From positions 39,060,001 through 39,124,000 of the forward strand of contig NC_043009.1 of assembly GCF_006345805.1 (NCBI RefSeq): DNA of 64,000 bases, given 5' to 3'. Source of the DNA: Octopus sinensis (Eukaryota). A program made the position numbers and the translations under genes. The notes under the pieces were generated by a model that made no database searches, was not told where the DNA came from, and worked only from the letters and a program-made list of their open reading frames with translations. Of this stretch, positions 1-13,942 are shown one piece after another (within the stretch, counting starts at the first letter, position 1; each line of letters starts with the position of its first letter).

Positions 1-339
1 AATCGATTCCAAGTGAGAATGCGATTGATAAGCATATTTGTGTGAATATAATCGTTTTTCTTTGGAATAGAAAAAAAAAGTCCATCTTTATGTCTTCTTT
101 TGCTGGTGTCTCAAATTTAGGTTAAATCAGTGTTTCTCAAAGGGGAGTCCTATGGGACGGTCGGACATGTTGTTTTGAGAAAATTTGGTTTAAATGTTTG
201 ACAACTCAGCACCGTCCATTGGAGTGGGGGAGGGCGTTTTGCTCGTAAATTTATACGAAAATTGTTGCAGAAGTAATTATTCTAAAAATGTAAAGGAAAA
301 ACAAACCAAAAACTAATCCCAGGAGAATCTTGTTTACGT

Positions 340-460
340 TTCTTAACAGTTCAGTGATAAGGTGACCGTTAGAATAAGCCCTGGGATTGACATGATCGAC
401 TACAATTTCGAAGGTGGTGCACCAGCATGGCCGTAGTACAATAAATTAAATAAGTGAAAA
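340..460 (+). mobile_element. SINE family B 3' fragment
   Basis: GGTGGTGCACCAGCATGGCCGTAGT..AAATAAGTGAAAA resembles the family B tail. Confidence 0.55.
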
Positions 461-3400
461 AATAAATAGGTAAAAGAATATTAGATAAAGAATTTAATTT
501 TTATATTCTGGAATCCAATCACTTTAATCCGATATAAATTTTCCTCGTTAATTATGATTGAAATAAATTCATTTGTCTGAATGCCGCACTTTGGTATTAG
601 TGAAAATGATTAATATTTGGAGTTAAATTTTAGAGAATTAGGGTACGGCCAACATGGATGGTTAAGGAGCTGACTTTGAAATCACGAGGACCCAGGTTCG
701 ATTATAATACGTTGCATCTTGAGTGACTCGACACTAGCCTTGTGTGTGAAATTTCGTAGATGTAAATAGTGTGGAATCTCATCGGATGGTTTGTATTTGG
801 AATTTCAAGATCCAGTATTCTCAGTCTGTGTTATGTTGACTCCTACTTAGACTGATACACATTGTGGAAAGTGCAGCCATCTTGAAATTAATTCAGTCAG
901 TCGAAAGGCTCAATGCTCATCGTCAAAACTGTCGGAAATCCATTTAATAATTTATTTTTTAGAACGCACATATACAATTTGAAATATCTTGCTGTCGTGC
1001 AAAAATCTCATGTCATATAACAAAAACATAAAAATTTAATAGAATTTTTATTGTTTTGATGTGGAAGTCAGCGATTCTTTAAATATTAACGCAGCACTTT
1101 TCAGTAGAGTAACATTGTCTATCATAGCTGATTTATGTGTGAATTAAAGCTAATCACCATCTGTATGAGTTGCTGTCGGAATATGGTAGAGGTGACCTGA
1201 TAAATTGAATAAACAAAATCTCTTGAAATATATGATGTTTAACCATCTCACGTGTCTTTTCTTCAGTTATCAGGATTCGTACAAAATTATGCTAAGTAAC
1301 GCAGCTTTAAAATATTTTGAACTAATGGTATTGCGAATATTAAGCTGATTGAAAAAATGGACAGTACAGGAGTTTTCTCAGCTTTGTTAGTTTATCTTAA
1401 TGGTAATCAACGGATATGATGCTCTCAGAATATGATGCTCTTAAAACTAATTAAAAATATTCAATAGGAATGTTTGGCTTCTGATGGCCAGATATGCTGA
1501 TTCTCGTCTTCAGTGGTTAAAATAAATGAGTGAATAAATAAAAAAAATAAATAAATAGATAAAAATAAACTTTCAGTGTCTCAATACAAATCACAGGAGA
1601 GAAGGTGGAAGTCTGCTCTAATCTGCTGGAAACGTTTGAAATCAATGGAGACACGTAATATATTTTCAATGTGTTGACTGGGGATAAAATGTGGGCGTAT
1701 CTTAAAGTTCCAGAAACGGATTTTGAATGAGACCTAACTAGCAAGATGATGTATTTTGCATCAACGCTCTTTCACGTAGATATAAATATGGAGGTATATT
1801 TGTTTAATTTAGACAAACGTGATTTTAAAAGATAATAGAGATACAGGGTATTATACAACTTGCAAAACTTTACCTTTTAAATGGCGACAGGTGTGTGCTG
1901 CTTCAAAATTTGATTAGAAAATCGTTTACTGAAAAAATAGTGGGAATATGGTTCTTGGTTTCATAGTCATAGTCTTGCATTAAGAAACTAATTATACTTA
2001 GGATGACTCACTTGATTCCGTTTCTCGGAAATTTTATACCCTTTCGTCTAAATGTTCCCCTCATGATGTAATTTTCGCAGAAGTGATATACAATTTATTT
2101 TGAAGTTAACTTTTTCATTATATCTCCTCTCCTAACCACACCTCTCTCTCCCTTTCGGTTTTACTGAGGAACATATATTTTCAAAAACATCAATTCCTTT
2201 ATAAATGAATGCTAAGAAATAATGCATCTGTCAACTCTACCGACAATAAAAAGCAAATTAAAGACTTGAAATATCGTCGAGATCTTCTATTCCTCCTCTC
2301 AACGTAAAAGTTATTTTGGGGAATCATAGAGATACGTAGTATTTTAGAGTACTGTTTTACGCTCTTCTCTCTCCTTCTCTCTCTCGGTCCCTATCTATCT
2401 TTGTGCATGGCGTTTCATATCATTATCTCTCTCCTTTCATACATGAAGACTTTCTGCAAATTTCAAGATTTTTCCATCCAGTATATCAGTGTTATATATG
2501 CAGTCTCTGGATATAATCACAGTGAACTCGTACAACTGATCACAGGAAGATTTTAGAAATTCAGCAGCAGAATGTTTGAAATGGAATTTCATTTCAATAT
2601 AGTGTTTACAAAGTGTACAATCTGGTAGCTTCTTATCAGGAACCGTCCTGCAGACGTCTCAAAATCTTAAAAAAAAAACCAAAAGCAAAACAAATGAAAC
2701 AGGGTAGTCACTTTCTTTACACACGTATTCCCGGTATTATTCTCTATGTCTTTTATAAAACTGTGAAATTTTGGAATACTCTTTCATAATTCTTATGTCG
2801 CACGTTCGGATCCTCTATTCTGCTTCTTTATTAGCCACAAGTGCCCAAAATAGAGTGGGGCAAACAAGGACCCCTTCTATATCTACGTATTGGGCTAGTC
2901 TACTTCATCGTCTAGGGGCATCCGCACAATAATATAAAAGAAAAAACCCTATCTAATTTTGAATGTTTACATAATTTGAGAATAATACATTTGTCCCCAA
3001 CTAAATCTTTTAACTAAGATTATGTTATTGAAACTATCAGTAGCAGCAAGGTACCTTCCCCATGTTCAGGGTCGGCTTGACTCTCCAGTTCCCCCTGTGT
3101 TGTGCATGCATAGAATTTGCCATAGTCAATTTTGCAACCCATACTTTGATGTTGTCATTTCACAGATGACTTCGATGGCCCCTAGCTCTTTTACTCTGGT
3201 ATAAATGTTTGTTCTTGCAGCATATTTAGAAACCCTTTCTTTCTTTATTCATAAGATTTCCTTACAGAAAAAAGCGAAAAACAAACTAATATTCTATGTA
3301 AAGTATTTGATGTTTAAGTGTCTCAGATGTCGCTTGCATCACTGACAAGTCTGTATTGTTAGCACGCATTATCTTAAGGCAGAAGTTGCTCGACAGCGAA

Positions 3401-3485
3401 TAACATCGAATATACCTCCAAGTTTATTGGAACGTATGAAGAATGAAGAATATATATATCATATATAAATATACATATATCTATA

Positions 3486-3765
3486 TATATATACCAATTA
3501 AGGACTGAACACGAAAAGTGGACAGTCAACATGCTAGATATAGACGTCAAATCGCCATTCACCACAAAAGATTATGTTCTCAGATCAAACTAATTAGTAC
3601 ATGGGTAATTATTTTATTTCGTATATTTTTCACTTGTTTATTGCTATGGTTTTGTGTTGAGTTTGATCTGAGAACATAATCTTTTGTGGTGAATGGCGAT
3701 TTGACGTCTATATCTAGCATGTTGACTGTCCACTTTTCGTGTTCAGTCCTTAATTGGTATATATA
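3486..3765. repeat. Perfect 106-bp inverted repeat with a 68-bp spacer
   Basis: 3486-3591 is the exact reverse complement of 3660-3765. Confidence 0.95.
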
Positions 3766-3977
3766 AATATTTTAATCTTCGGATTCTTTTTTAATATGCT
3801 AGACCACTGGTCTTAATTGATAAATATCAATTTCTACCTTAATTAATTTCATATATCTATATATATATATATATAATATATATATACATGCATACATACA
3901 TGCATGCATGCATGCATACATACATACATACATACATACATACATACATACATACAACATACGTACATACGTACAGA

Positions 3978-4153
3978 AGTTACGGAATGGAGTAGGGAAA
4001 GTTCGGGCTACATATGTTTCATAGCGAGTGGAACCACAGAAGTGTTAAATTCCATGCGAGCGCTATACCGCTCGTTTGGATTTTACCACTTCTGAGGTTC
4101 CACTCGTTATGAATCATATGTAGCCCGGATTTTTCCTATTTCATTCCGTAACT
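3978..4153 (+). repeat. Gap-free 85-bp stem with a 6-nt loop
   Basis: Manual pairing gives 73 Watson-Crick pairs, 7 G.T pairs and 5 mismatches; loop CTATAC at 4063-4068. Confidence 0.92.
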
Positions 4154-4464
4154 CTTATATCCTTTTTCGCACACTCGGCAACCCTGGTCGCCTTCAATGG
4201 AGTATAAACATAACTTTTTTCTACTCATCGTTCTTTGATAAAGAAAACTAATCCGTAAACGTCCATCTCAATAAACCACTGGTGTTCTTGAAAAGTTTTT
4301 ATTATATATTTACTCCGGTTTGCTCGGTCGCTGGATCTTACATTCCTCCTAAACCTCGATCACTGGCTCTTACATTTATATATATATATATATATATGTA
4401 CAGGTAAATCGAAAATAGCAATAAACACAAATGTCAAAAGAACAAAGACAGAAAATGCATTAGG

Positions 4465-4521
<57 letters not shown>

Positions 4522-4812
4522 GTGTGTGGTGTGTGTGTGTGTGTGCGTGCGTGTGTGTGTTTATATAAAATACAAAATACAGTTATATCTTCAAATTGCT
4601 AGTAATAACAATACTCAAAATATAACACAGACTGGAGTCGCAATGCCCCAAATGAGCTATATTCCACTTCTTTATATCCGTTCTGTAGATGTAAATAAAT
4701 ATATGAATACATACATGTATGTATTTGATCTTAGTGTGTGTGGATCTTAGTAATGTTCCTTTAGTTCCTGCTCGCATTGCCTCCGCTCAAATTAAGAAGT
4801 GGTATATATATA

Positions 4813-4844
<32 letters not shown>

Positions 4845-4850
<6 letters not shown>

Positions 4851-4917
4851 GTGTATATTAAGGGATAACCATATATGGTTATCCACCAAGTGGTTATCCC
4901 TTAATATACACATGTAT
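4845..4917. repeat. 27-bp perfect inverted repeat with a nested palindrome
   Basis: ATACATGTGTATATTAAGGGATAACCA / TGGTTATCCCTTAATATACACATGTAT. The spacer contains a further TGGTTATCC. Confidence 0.9.
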
Positions 4918-6589
4918 TGCATTTTTTCTGATTTTTCAGTCTACTGGTTTTAAATTGATATTAATTAAATTAATATTCAATTTATCACCCTCGTTATTTA
5001 AATTATATATATATATATATATAATTTATCACCCTCGTTTTATATATATATATGTGTATATATATATATGCGCGCGCGTGTGTATGTGTGTTGGAATGTA
5101 TTCGAATTTAATTTTGAGTAAACAAAAATGTTATAATTTTGGGCGGTTCTGTTTCGATCAACAACGCAAAAAATTGTTTCAGAAATAATTTTGAAAGCAT
5201 AAAGAATCTGCTAAGAATAAAGTATCATATTTAATTGGAACGATTTAAACGGATTACTGTCGATATTTCATGGAACTATTGCTATTCCCTTTGCATTGCT
5301 TTTATAATCTCTTGTTGATTCATGTCGGTACAAAGTTTCAACTCTTCATCTTGTTTTGCCTGAAGCAATAATTCATCGCACAAAAGGAGAAGCTTTATTA
5401 AAAGAATATCTTATCATTCTTAATGACCTCGAAAGTAGATATTTGATTTTTATACTTTTCTTTCAACGTTTATTTTGAATGAATAGTTATATATTCAATT
5501 CCACTTGCAAAACATATCAATTGAACAGACGTCTCCATTCGTGATGTGACGACGATGAGTTAACAATGGAGCGAGTGGAAAATTTAGATATGTTAATTTT
5601 GTAATAACGTGATTGCTTAGGAAGTCGAGTGTCGCCCGTGGCTAACCGTATAACTATTTCTGCATTCCAGTCTTTTCGACGGTGAATATAACAAAATCGA
5701 TGGACGAAAATTCTCTGATGCAGCTCGTGGCATCCATGTTCTATTTTAAACTTTTTCCATCGTGTATTCCGACAATTAGCTGCAAACCACAGACAAAATA
5801 GTAAGGACAACTTCAATGCTAATACACAACTTCAAAAGTAAAAGAAAGAGGAAAAAAAACTAAGTTGCGATTATAAAATAATGGACGAATTAGATAAAAG
5901 TCAACCATAAACTTGATATCAATATATTAAAGTCCTAACTCTACCAAATCATTTTCTAAAGTTTATTTGCCTACTGTTATTCATTTCGATTATCGTAGAT
6001 TTGGATTTTAGCCAGAATACAAGAGGTTTTGTGCAATAGACAATAAAGTTAATGTATAACTGACAGTGACTAAATGATTCATTTCAAACGATCAATTTGT
6101 AAATAAATAAAAAATAAATCCCAATAATTCAAGTTTATATATATATATATAATATCCAATACGGGATTTGATTTAAGATTCTTCGTTTATTTTTTATTTT
6201 CCGCGTCTAATCCACAACTGTATTGACCTCTTGATATTACACTATAAGCAAGGAACGTTTTACAAGATGTTTCACTCTTTCATATAATTTGATTTTCAGT
6301 AAATAATCTTAAGGGATTGATCCTTGCAATATACGTGATAAAAATAAGAAAATGAGACACAGTTACAACAGCCAGTATTTCTTTTAATATACTAGAAAAG
6401 ATTAGTCTACAGAAGTGTATCGATTTTTTACAGCTATGGATTTTGCATTCTATATTTATCTGTTTTCTCTGGCACCGTTGGGGTTAGCCGGCTGACGCTT
6501 TCGTCTTCATATTTTTTGGCCCTAAAATACTTCTTTTATACACAGTGGGTCAATATGGAAGCAAATGACCAAGGAATCGGCTTTCAGTA

Positions 6590-6628
6590 ACGCCGTCGCT
6601 GCTGTTACTACTACTACTACTGCTGCCG

Positions 6629-6672
<44 letters not shown>

Positions 6673-6720
6673 GCCGCCGCCGCCACCACCACCACCACCA
6701 CCACCACTACCACCACCACC

Positions 6721-6774
<54 letters not shown>

Positions 6775-6812
6775 GCCGCCGCCGCCACCACCACCACCAC
6801 ACCACCACCACC

Positions 6813-6853
<41 letters not shown>

Positions 6854-6896
6854 CACTGCCGCCGCCGCCGCCACCACCACCACCACCACCACTACC

Positions 6897-6959
<63 letters not shown>

Positions 6960-7015
6960 GACACCGCAACCTCTACTATTACTATCACCATAACCACGAC
7001 CACGACCACCACTAC
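6590..7015. repeat. Compound trinucleotide microsatellite (CTA/CCA/CCG)n
   Basis: Directly visible; it produces the poly-T/V/P/L ORFs. Confidence 0.95.
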
Positions 7016-7065
7016 TTCTGATACTATTCCTCCAACTAAAGGCATAAGAACTGAAATGTTGTGGG

Positions 7066-7165
7066 GGAAGCTAGTTGATTCTATCGAGCCCAGTAGTCAA
7101 CTAGTACTTATTCTATCGACCCCCGAAAGGATGAAAGTCAAAGTCGACATCAGTGGAATTTGAAA
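7066..7165 (-). mobile_element. SINE family A fragment
   Basis: TCGACCCCCGAAAGGATGAAAGTCAAAGTCGAC..GGAATTTGAA matches the family A core. Confidence 0.75.
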
Positions 7166-7179
7166 CTAATAGTCATAAT

Positions 7180-7186
7180 ACTAATG

Positions 7187-7231
<45 letters not shown>

Positions 7232-7254
7232 TTAATAATAATAATAATAATAAT

Positions 7255-7334
<80 letters not shown>

Positions 7335-7335
7335 G
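7180..7335. repeat. (AAT)n microsatellite
   Basis: Directly visible. Confidence 0.95.
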
Positions 7336-7439
7336 CGCTAGCCTTGACAGCAGCTGGGCGTGTTCTTCGCTGCTCTAACCAGTCAACAGCCGAAGACAGA
7401 GAAACACTAATACAGTCGAACCCAACAGAACAGCTGAAA

Positions 7440-7890
7440 AATAACTTTCAAAAATTGGAACATCTACAATTTCCTGTGAATATTTGAAATTTCCCTGAAA
7501 ATAAGTCTAGAAACTTACATATCTACAATTTTCTCTGAACGAGCACAGAAACGATCATCTTTAAAAACATTAAAAAACTTTAATATTTATAACTTCTGTG
7601 AATATCTATCCTTTCCTTTCTCCCTGAATATGCGAAAATGTAAACATAATTTTTATTGTAAGAACACTACAGTTTTCTCCGGTCGGACATACAAACGGTC
7701 ATCTTTAGAAAATTTAATAACTTTAATATCTACAATTTTCTATGAAAAAATTCTACCCTTTTCTTACCTCTCCATTCTCCCTGAATATTCGAAAATGCAA
7801 ACATATTTTTAATTACAAGAACAATTACAAGAACGCTCCAGTTTTCTCTCCCCGGACATACAAACGATCATCTTTAAAAATGTTTTAAAC
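7440..7890. repeat. Degenerate ~150-170-bp tandem repeat, ~2.5 units
   Basis: AAACGATCATCTTTAAAAA recurs at ~7550, ~7692 and ~7862, with shared CCCTGAATAT..GAAAATG and GGACATAC blocks. Confidence 0.7.
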
Positions 7891-7929
7891 TACCAATAAG
7901 GAATTGACAACTGGCATCAACGACTTACG

Positions 7930-8960
7930 TGAGAAAGATCAGAAGATTTCAGATGAGTTGCAGGAAGTAATGAGTAAAAAAGTAAGAAAAAGATTACCAA
8001 AAATGCTACAGAGTGCTGAAATAATATTTGGGATATGCTAGTATTATTAAAGAAACTGGGGGAAGAAGTAGTGAGCAGCCAGATCTAAGATTAATTAGTG
8101 AATTAATGAATAAGGTGGTAGGAAAAATGCCGAATTGGAAGGACCAGATTTAGTTCACGATTACTGGCTGGAGAAATTCAGTGGTTTACATAGAAGGCTA
8201 AGGGAACAACTTCAGCATTGCCTTAATGGAGGAATAATACCAGATTGGATGATTAAAGGGAGGGCAGTACGCAGTATGAGAGATAAGAGCAAGGGTAATA
8301 CAGCTAACAACTATAGACCAATCACTTACTTACCATTAGTGTGGAAGTTGTTAAGAGGAGTGCTTTCAGAAAGCATATGCAAGCACCTTAACCAGAATTT
8401 ACTGCCAGAACAGAAAGGTTGCAGGAAAAAGGCAAGAGGAAAGCATAATCTCTTATATATAGACAAGGCAGTTCTAAATGAAGTAAAAGCTCGAAAGAAA
8501 AATCTAACAATAACATTGACAGATTATAGGAAAGCCTATAACATGATCCTAAACTCATGGATAAGTGAATGTTTGAGTATATTTATTATAGCAAACAACA
8601 TAAGAGAATTAATTAGCTGTAGTATGAAAAAATGGAAAGTAGATCGCTAATCAGGTGACACACTTAAGGAAAGTTAATATCGAAAGAGGAATTTTCCAGA
8701 GGGACTCGTTGTCCCATTCAATATTTGTCTTAAGTTTGATCCCCATCAGTTTAGTATTAAGGAAGGCAAAGGCACGGTATCAGTTCAGAAATAGTAAGGG
8801 AAAATTTACTATTTGCTCTACATGGATATATCTGAAACTTTTTAGTAGGAATGTGAAAACGATTGATTCCTTAATAGAGACTCTAAGACTCTTCAGCAAA
8901 GATATAGGCATGGAATAAGTGTGCAATATTAGTCCTGAGAAGATTACAGATAGTCACAGC
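7930..8960 (+). pseudogene. R4/Dong-clade non-LTR retrotransposon, reverse-transcriptase fragment
   Basis: ORFs 8135-8650 and 8655-8918 contain GPDLVHDYWLEKF, NYRPITYLPLVWKLL, EQKGCRK, DYRKAYNMI..SWI, GIFQRDSLS..FVLSLIP and LKLFSRN. These match R4/Dong RT motifs as I recall them, with stops and frameshifts. Confidence 0.85.
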
Positions 8961-9544
8961 GAAGACAACCAGATTTTATCTGCTTAGATATCGAGATCGA
9001 ATCAGACAGCTTATACCTTAACCGAGCCTTCTGTGTAGCAACAGGAGCTGCTGTTCCAGATAAACTTAGATTTTATAATCTGACGTAGAGACTATAGAAA
9101 GCCTACCAAAGGTAAGAACGAATATTTTTGTGTCTTGATATGTATCTCGCTCACTTTCAAGTAAACCGCTGTTCGGAAGGAGGTCGAATCAGTTTGAGAA
9201 GGATTTTAAACTTAAATAAGCAGGAAATCTACTAAAAATAAAAGAAAACAACTACAAAATCTGTATTAGAACTAGCAATAAAACTCACTTTGAATTCAGT
9301 AACCGAACACTCAACAGTTCCTAGCATGAATGGAGTTCTTGTAGTGTGACCAAATATAGCACCATGTATTGGAAAACAGAACTCTTAACCAAACAACCAT
9401 AGTAGCGGTTATTAATTTTAGAACTATTTAAACCTCTGAACAATTGCAATATAAGTTTAGGAATATATATATGTGCTTATAATATATATGTGCTTGTAAT
9501 ATATATGTGCTTGTATATAATATATAGTGTTAGTAATATAAATT

Positions 9545-10045
9545 TGTTTTGTTTGGGAATAAGGCTTGGGACATATGTCTTTATAATATTTAAATTATTG
9601 TAGAACAGCGCCAGAAATATAAATTGCTTTCATATAACATACAAATCGTTATAGAACAAAGTTAGAATATATATATATTTGTAACACTTAAAGTGATAGA
9701 GAGCATAATTTGGAATTCATATATGCTCATAATACATTGGTTGGGAACAAAGCTATGAATACATAAGTCAAATTATTGTAGAACAGGATTGGAAATATAT
9801 ATTTTTATTACATGAATTATTATAGAACAAGGTGAGGATACATATATTTTTATAGCACTTAAAGTATTATAGGACAAAGCTTGGAATATATATATTATGT
9901 GCTTATATTACATCTTTGTAGAACAAAGCTTGAAATATACGTTTTTCATAGCAATTACATTATTCTAGAACAAAGCTAAGTATATATAAGTGTTTATAAC
10001 ACTGAAATTGTTGTAGAACAAGGGTAGGAATATATAAGTTCATAG
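9545..10045. repeat. Degenerate ~45-50-bp minisatellite, ~10 units
   Basis: Recurrent TAGAACAAAGCTTGGAATATAT..AAATTATTG motif at ~9600, 9651, 9745, 9779, 9822, 9870, 9919, 9966 and 10013. Confidence 0.75.
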
Positions 10046-11900
10046 ACTTGTTGGTGTTATATATCGTTAGATAGATTCAAAGAGTAAAATAAATTAACAC
10101 CTTAAATATGTAACGGTTAGGCACCAGCGTCCTACAAGATCAATATTTTCATAGCAATATAATTATAGCTGCCTTTTTGAATTTGATAAATCTTACTTAA
10201 CTTTCAGAGTTTAGCAACCAACTTTGTATTGATTCTACTATCCTCCATCTAAATTTAATTGCTTATATGCATGGCTGTACTTGTATATAAAAAAAATGAT
10301 GACAGTCGACATAAAATAAGTGAGACTTTAGTAACTGCTGATAATCATGATTGTTAATATGAATGATAGTCCCACTGTATACTGGAAATATCGATATGTT
10401 TATACGGCAACATTATATGCTGAATTAGACAGATATCCAATTAAGATAAACAGTCAACACAGTGAAACGAATGGAACATTGTTTTCATCATTAAATGGAA
10501 ATGCATATTTTTTTATCAAATAAATTGCTCTTTTATCGTAAATTTTATTTTACAAATCTTTTTTTGGGGGAAAATTATGGCTAAAAATTTGTTGGCTGAT
10601 ACTAAAAACAGAAAGTTACGCTACGAGATAAGAAACATTTGAACTAAGAGAGAAGCTTCGTTTATTGCACAAACTGAAAACAAAACAAAACAAGACAAAA
10701 CAAAACAAAAAAGAATCACACAAACACACAACAACAACAACAACAACACCAATATGTGCAAGTGTGTGTAATGAATGCGAATCTAACAGCAAGCCTAAAA
10801 ATAAGTTCATATGAGTAATATCGAATTAAGATACGCATAAGCAAGAATGCAGTTCAGGTTTGTCAAAATTAAAGAAATAAACGTTAAAACTGTATATAAA
10901 ACTTATTCAATATTTCTAAGGATATTGACAAACATTTAGGGAAAGTAAGAATATGGGAATTTAAAAAAGAGAAATGTTCTTGAATGTGATGACATCAACT
11001 ACATCTCTACGTACGATTAGTCATACATTTATTAGATTCCTGTCCTATTGAGGCGTTCTTCACTCCACACTATTGAAGCAGTGGACATATAATTCCCAAC
11101 AATAACAAATACTGAAACTAGGAAACGGTTGAATTTATCACATAATTTTGAAGGGTTTTAGTTGGGAGGAATTTTACAGCTCCATAAAACGTACATGTTC
11201 AGGAAAAATCAATATCTAGATTACTTCTCAATAGAGTGTATAAATCTAATTTCTTTTGGTAACTTTAGGCTAGAGATATAAGGGATTGGCTTTACAGCAC
11301 CGATTAATATTTGTAAAGTGCGATATCTCTAAATATATCCCGATATATTGGGAAATATTTCCTATAAAATATTTTCTCGTTAAATAAAAAACAACCAGTT
11401 ATTTTCACCGCCTAGTTGCACATCATGCTTGACAGATGTTATTCATTTTTTAAAACAGTTTATCCAAAATAGTACATAGCCAACCAACTAGTATACTATT
11501 TTAAACTTATATATTTTATTTAAATTTTCTTTATGCACTCAGAGACATATTTCTTCCTGAGGCATTTATTCATTTAAGGTAAGAATTCAGTTTTTAATAT
11601 ATCACTCCTTGTGTGCAAATAAAACACAACATCACAAACCAATATTTTCTATTTCGAGAATTCCAACAACTCCATCCCGGAGCTAGCTGTAAGATTAGGA
11701 AAAATCACTGAATATTATTGAGCTTCCCATAAATAATATTGTGTAACTGAATCAAAAATGATTTCATTTGAAAATATTTTCTGATTAACACTATTAAAGC
11801 TGTATACGGTTATGTGTATGCGTTCACACACACACACACTCATACATATTCATACATATACATACTTGTATGTATATATACCTGTGTGTATGTCTGTATG

Positions 11901-11989
<89 letters not shown>

Positions 11990-12080
11990 AAATATATTTA
12001 TATATATGTATATATATATGGGGCGGGTAAAATTCTACAAACATATATATATATGTTTGTCTATCTATCTATATACTTTG

Positions 12081-12142
<62 letters not shown>

Positions 12143-13374
12143 TCACACAGACTAATCGATATGTCTAACATTATTAATGTATATGTAAGTGTAAAACGGC
12201 GCTAAAATTTTGTCACAGAAAAAGTAAGCTCGTCTATGTGTGTTTAAACTACGGGATGGCGTTAATGCATCATCAGAGGCCGGTGCTGCGGCCTCATTTG
12301 GCCTCCTCAATCACGGACGCCCTCTTGTGTTTTGAGATCGTCCAAAGCCGTGGTTCAGATATAGAAACCAAGAAACAAAAATTTAGCTTATTTGAACGGA
12401 TGCTGAAGGGGGGGGGGGCTTTAATATCGTGCCTCAGAAAAAAAGAACCCTGAAAAGATTCTTGTGTATTAAAAACATACAAACATACACGCGCACACAT
12501 GTATAAATATCAACATATATTTTCATATTTGCATTCTTTTATTTTGATTTTCGTATCTGCATCTTATGTTTGTGTTTTATTTATATAAATATATATATAT
12601 ATTATTGCATGTTTTACGAATATGAGTGCACTTGTTTATATATGCCTATTGATCTATAAATAAATGCATACAAAGAAACACATAATTCTTATTATTACCC
12701 CTCCCTACACTCGACTGACCCTTTTCATATATTTATTTATTCAAAATATATAAAGTCTTACTAATGGATATTGTTATTATCTTCGCGTCCCTTCACAAAT
12801 CTTCCCTCTTTAACCCCTACCAATATCTAAATAAATTAGTAAATTTACGAACCATTGAATATTCACGAAGAAAATTCTTATGCTCCCTACAATGACTAAC
12901 ACACTCCTATTTACACAACGACGTGTGTACAGCTTACTGACAAATTTAACTTATCAATAATATTTTATTTTTCTCATCAGGATACAAGACATTCATCTTC
13001 AGACATAGCGTAGATCTGCCCATCTCTATACACATCACTAAACTACGCCGCACTAAAATCACTGTCTTGAAATATTGGCTAATAAAAATGGAAAGAAATA
13101 ATGAAAATGGATTCTTGGTCGGGATAATTCTATTATTGAGGTGTTCCCACACCTAAAATATATTGTTGCTCCAACAAAGTTATTGAGTTCTCTGTTTCTT
13201 TATAGAGTTGTGTTTTGTACATTTTATTTATAAGTTGGTTGATCTATCGGTCTGTCTGTCTATCTATGAAGCCATCGATCAATAGGTCTATCGATCTGCT
13301 TGACTATCTGTCTATCTTATCTATCTCTCTATCATCCCTCTACCTACCTACCTACCTACCTACACACACACACA

Positions 13375-13461
<87 letters not shown>

Positions 13462-13942
13462 ATCTATCTATCTCTATGTATGTAGCCATCTAAGTAATAT
13501 CTACATATTTTGAAAATCGATCTTGGCATAATAACTCTACCTGACAAAGCATTTCTGGTTTTGAATATAATATCTTACATAGAATATCAAGAATTAGTTT
13601 GAAAGATCATGTGATAAATAGGACAGTAATATATAGAGGCATTGTATCACCAGTTGATAACTTTATTACGTTGTCAGGTTATAGCTAGATGGAACATATC
13701 TACAGCTGAGATAAATATCTTGTTTGAGATATACATTGCTTGACAGTACATACTAGAAGCGGAACAGAGAAGTCGCAAGAGAAATATTAAGAAAGATGTG
13801 AAAAAAAAGCAGGACAGGAATATTAGAACAAGTTCGATGCTAGACGAATAATGGTACGTTGGTGAAAACAGATGGAAGTCCTTCCAGTTTGTGTCCTTCC
13901 TACTTTCTGTAGAAATCTTTTATTCAATTTGTTTAAGTGAAT

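Noticed and set aside
129-240. CAGTGTTTCTCAA, a hAT/Charlie-like terminus
   Set aside because: I found no matching opposite TIR or 8-bp TSD.
5517-5816. 99-aa minus-strand ORF with a hydrophobic start
   Set aside because: It starts at a non-ATG codon, has no domain similarity I can recognise, and no splice or promoter support.
6522-7378. Poly-V/T/P/L/N/I ORFs
   Set aside because: They are translations of trinucleotide microsatellites, open in several frames on both strands, with no splice or domain support.
9545-10045. CRISPR-like repeat-spacer appearance
   Set aside because: The context is eukaryotic, the repeats are degenerate, the spacers are homologous to each other and there are no cas genes.
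12255-12300. Hairpin followed by CTGATGA on the minus strand (type III hammerhead-like)
   Set aside because: There is no downstream GAAA or stem II, and the cleavage triplet would end in G.
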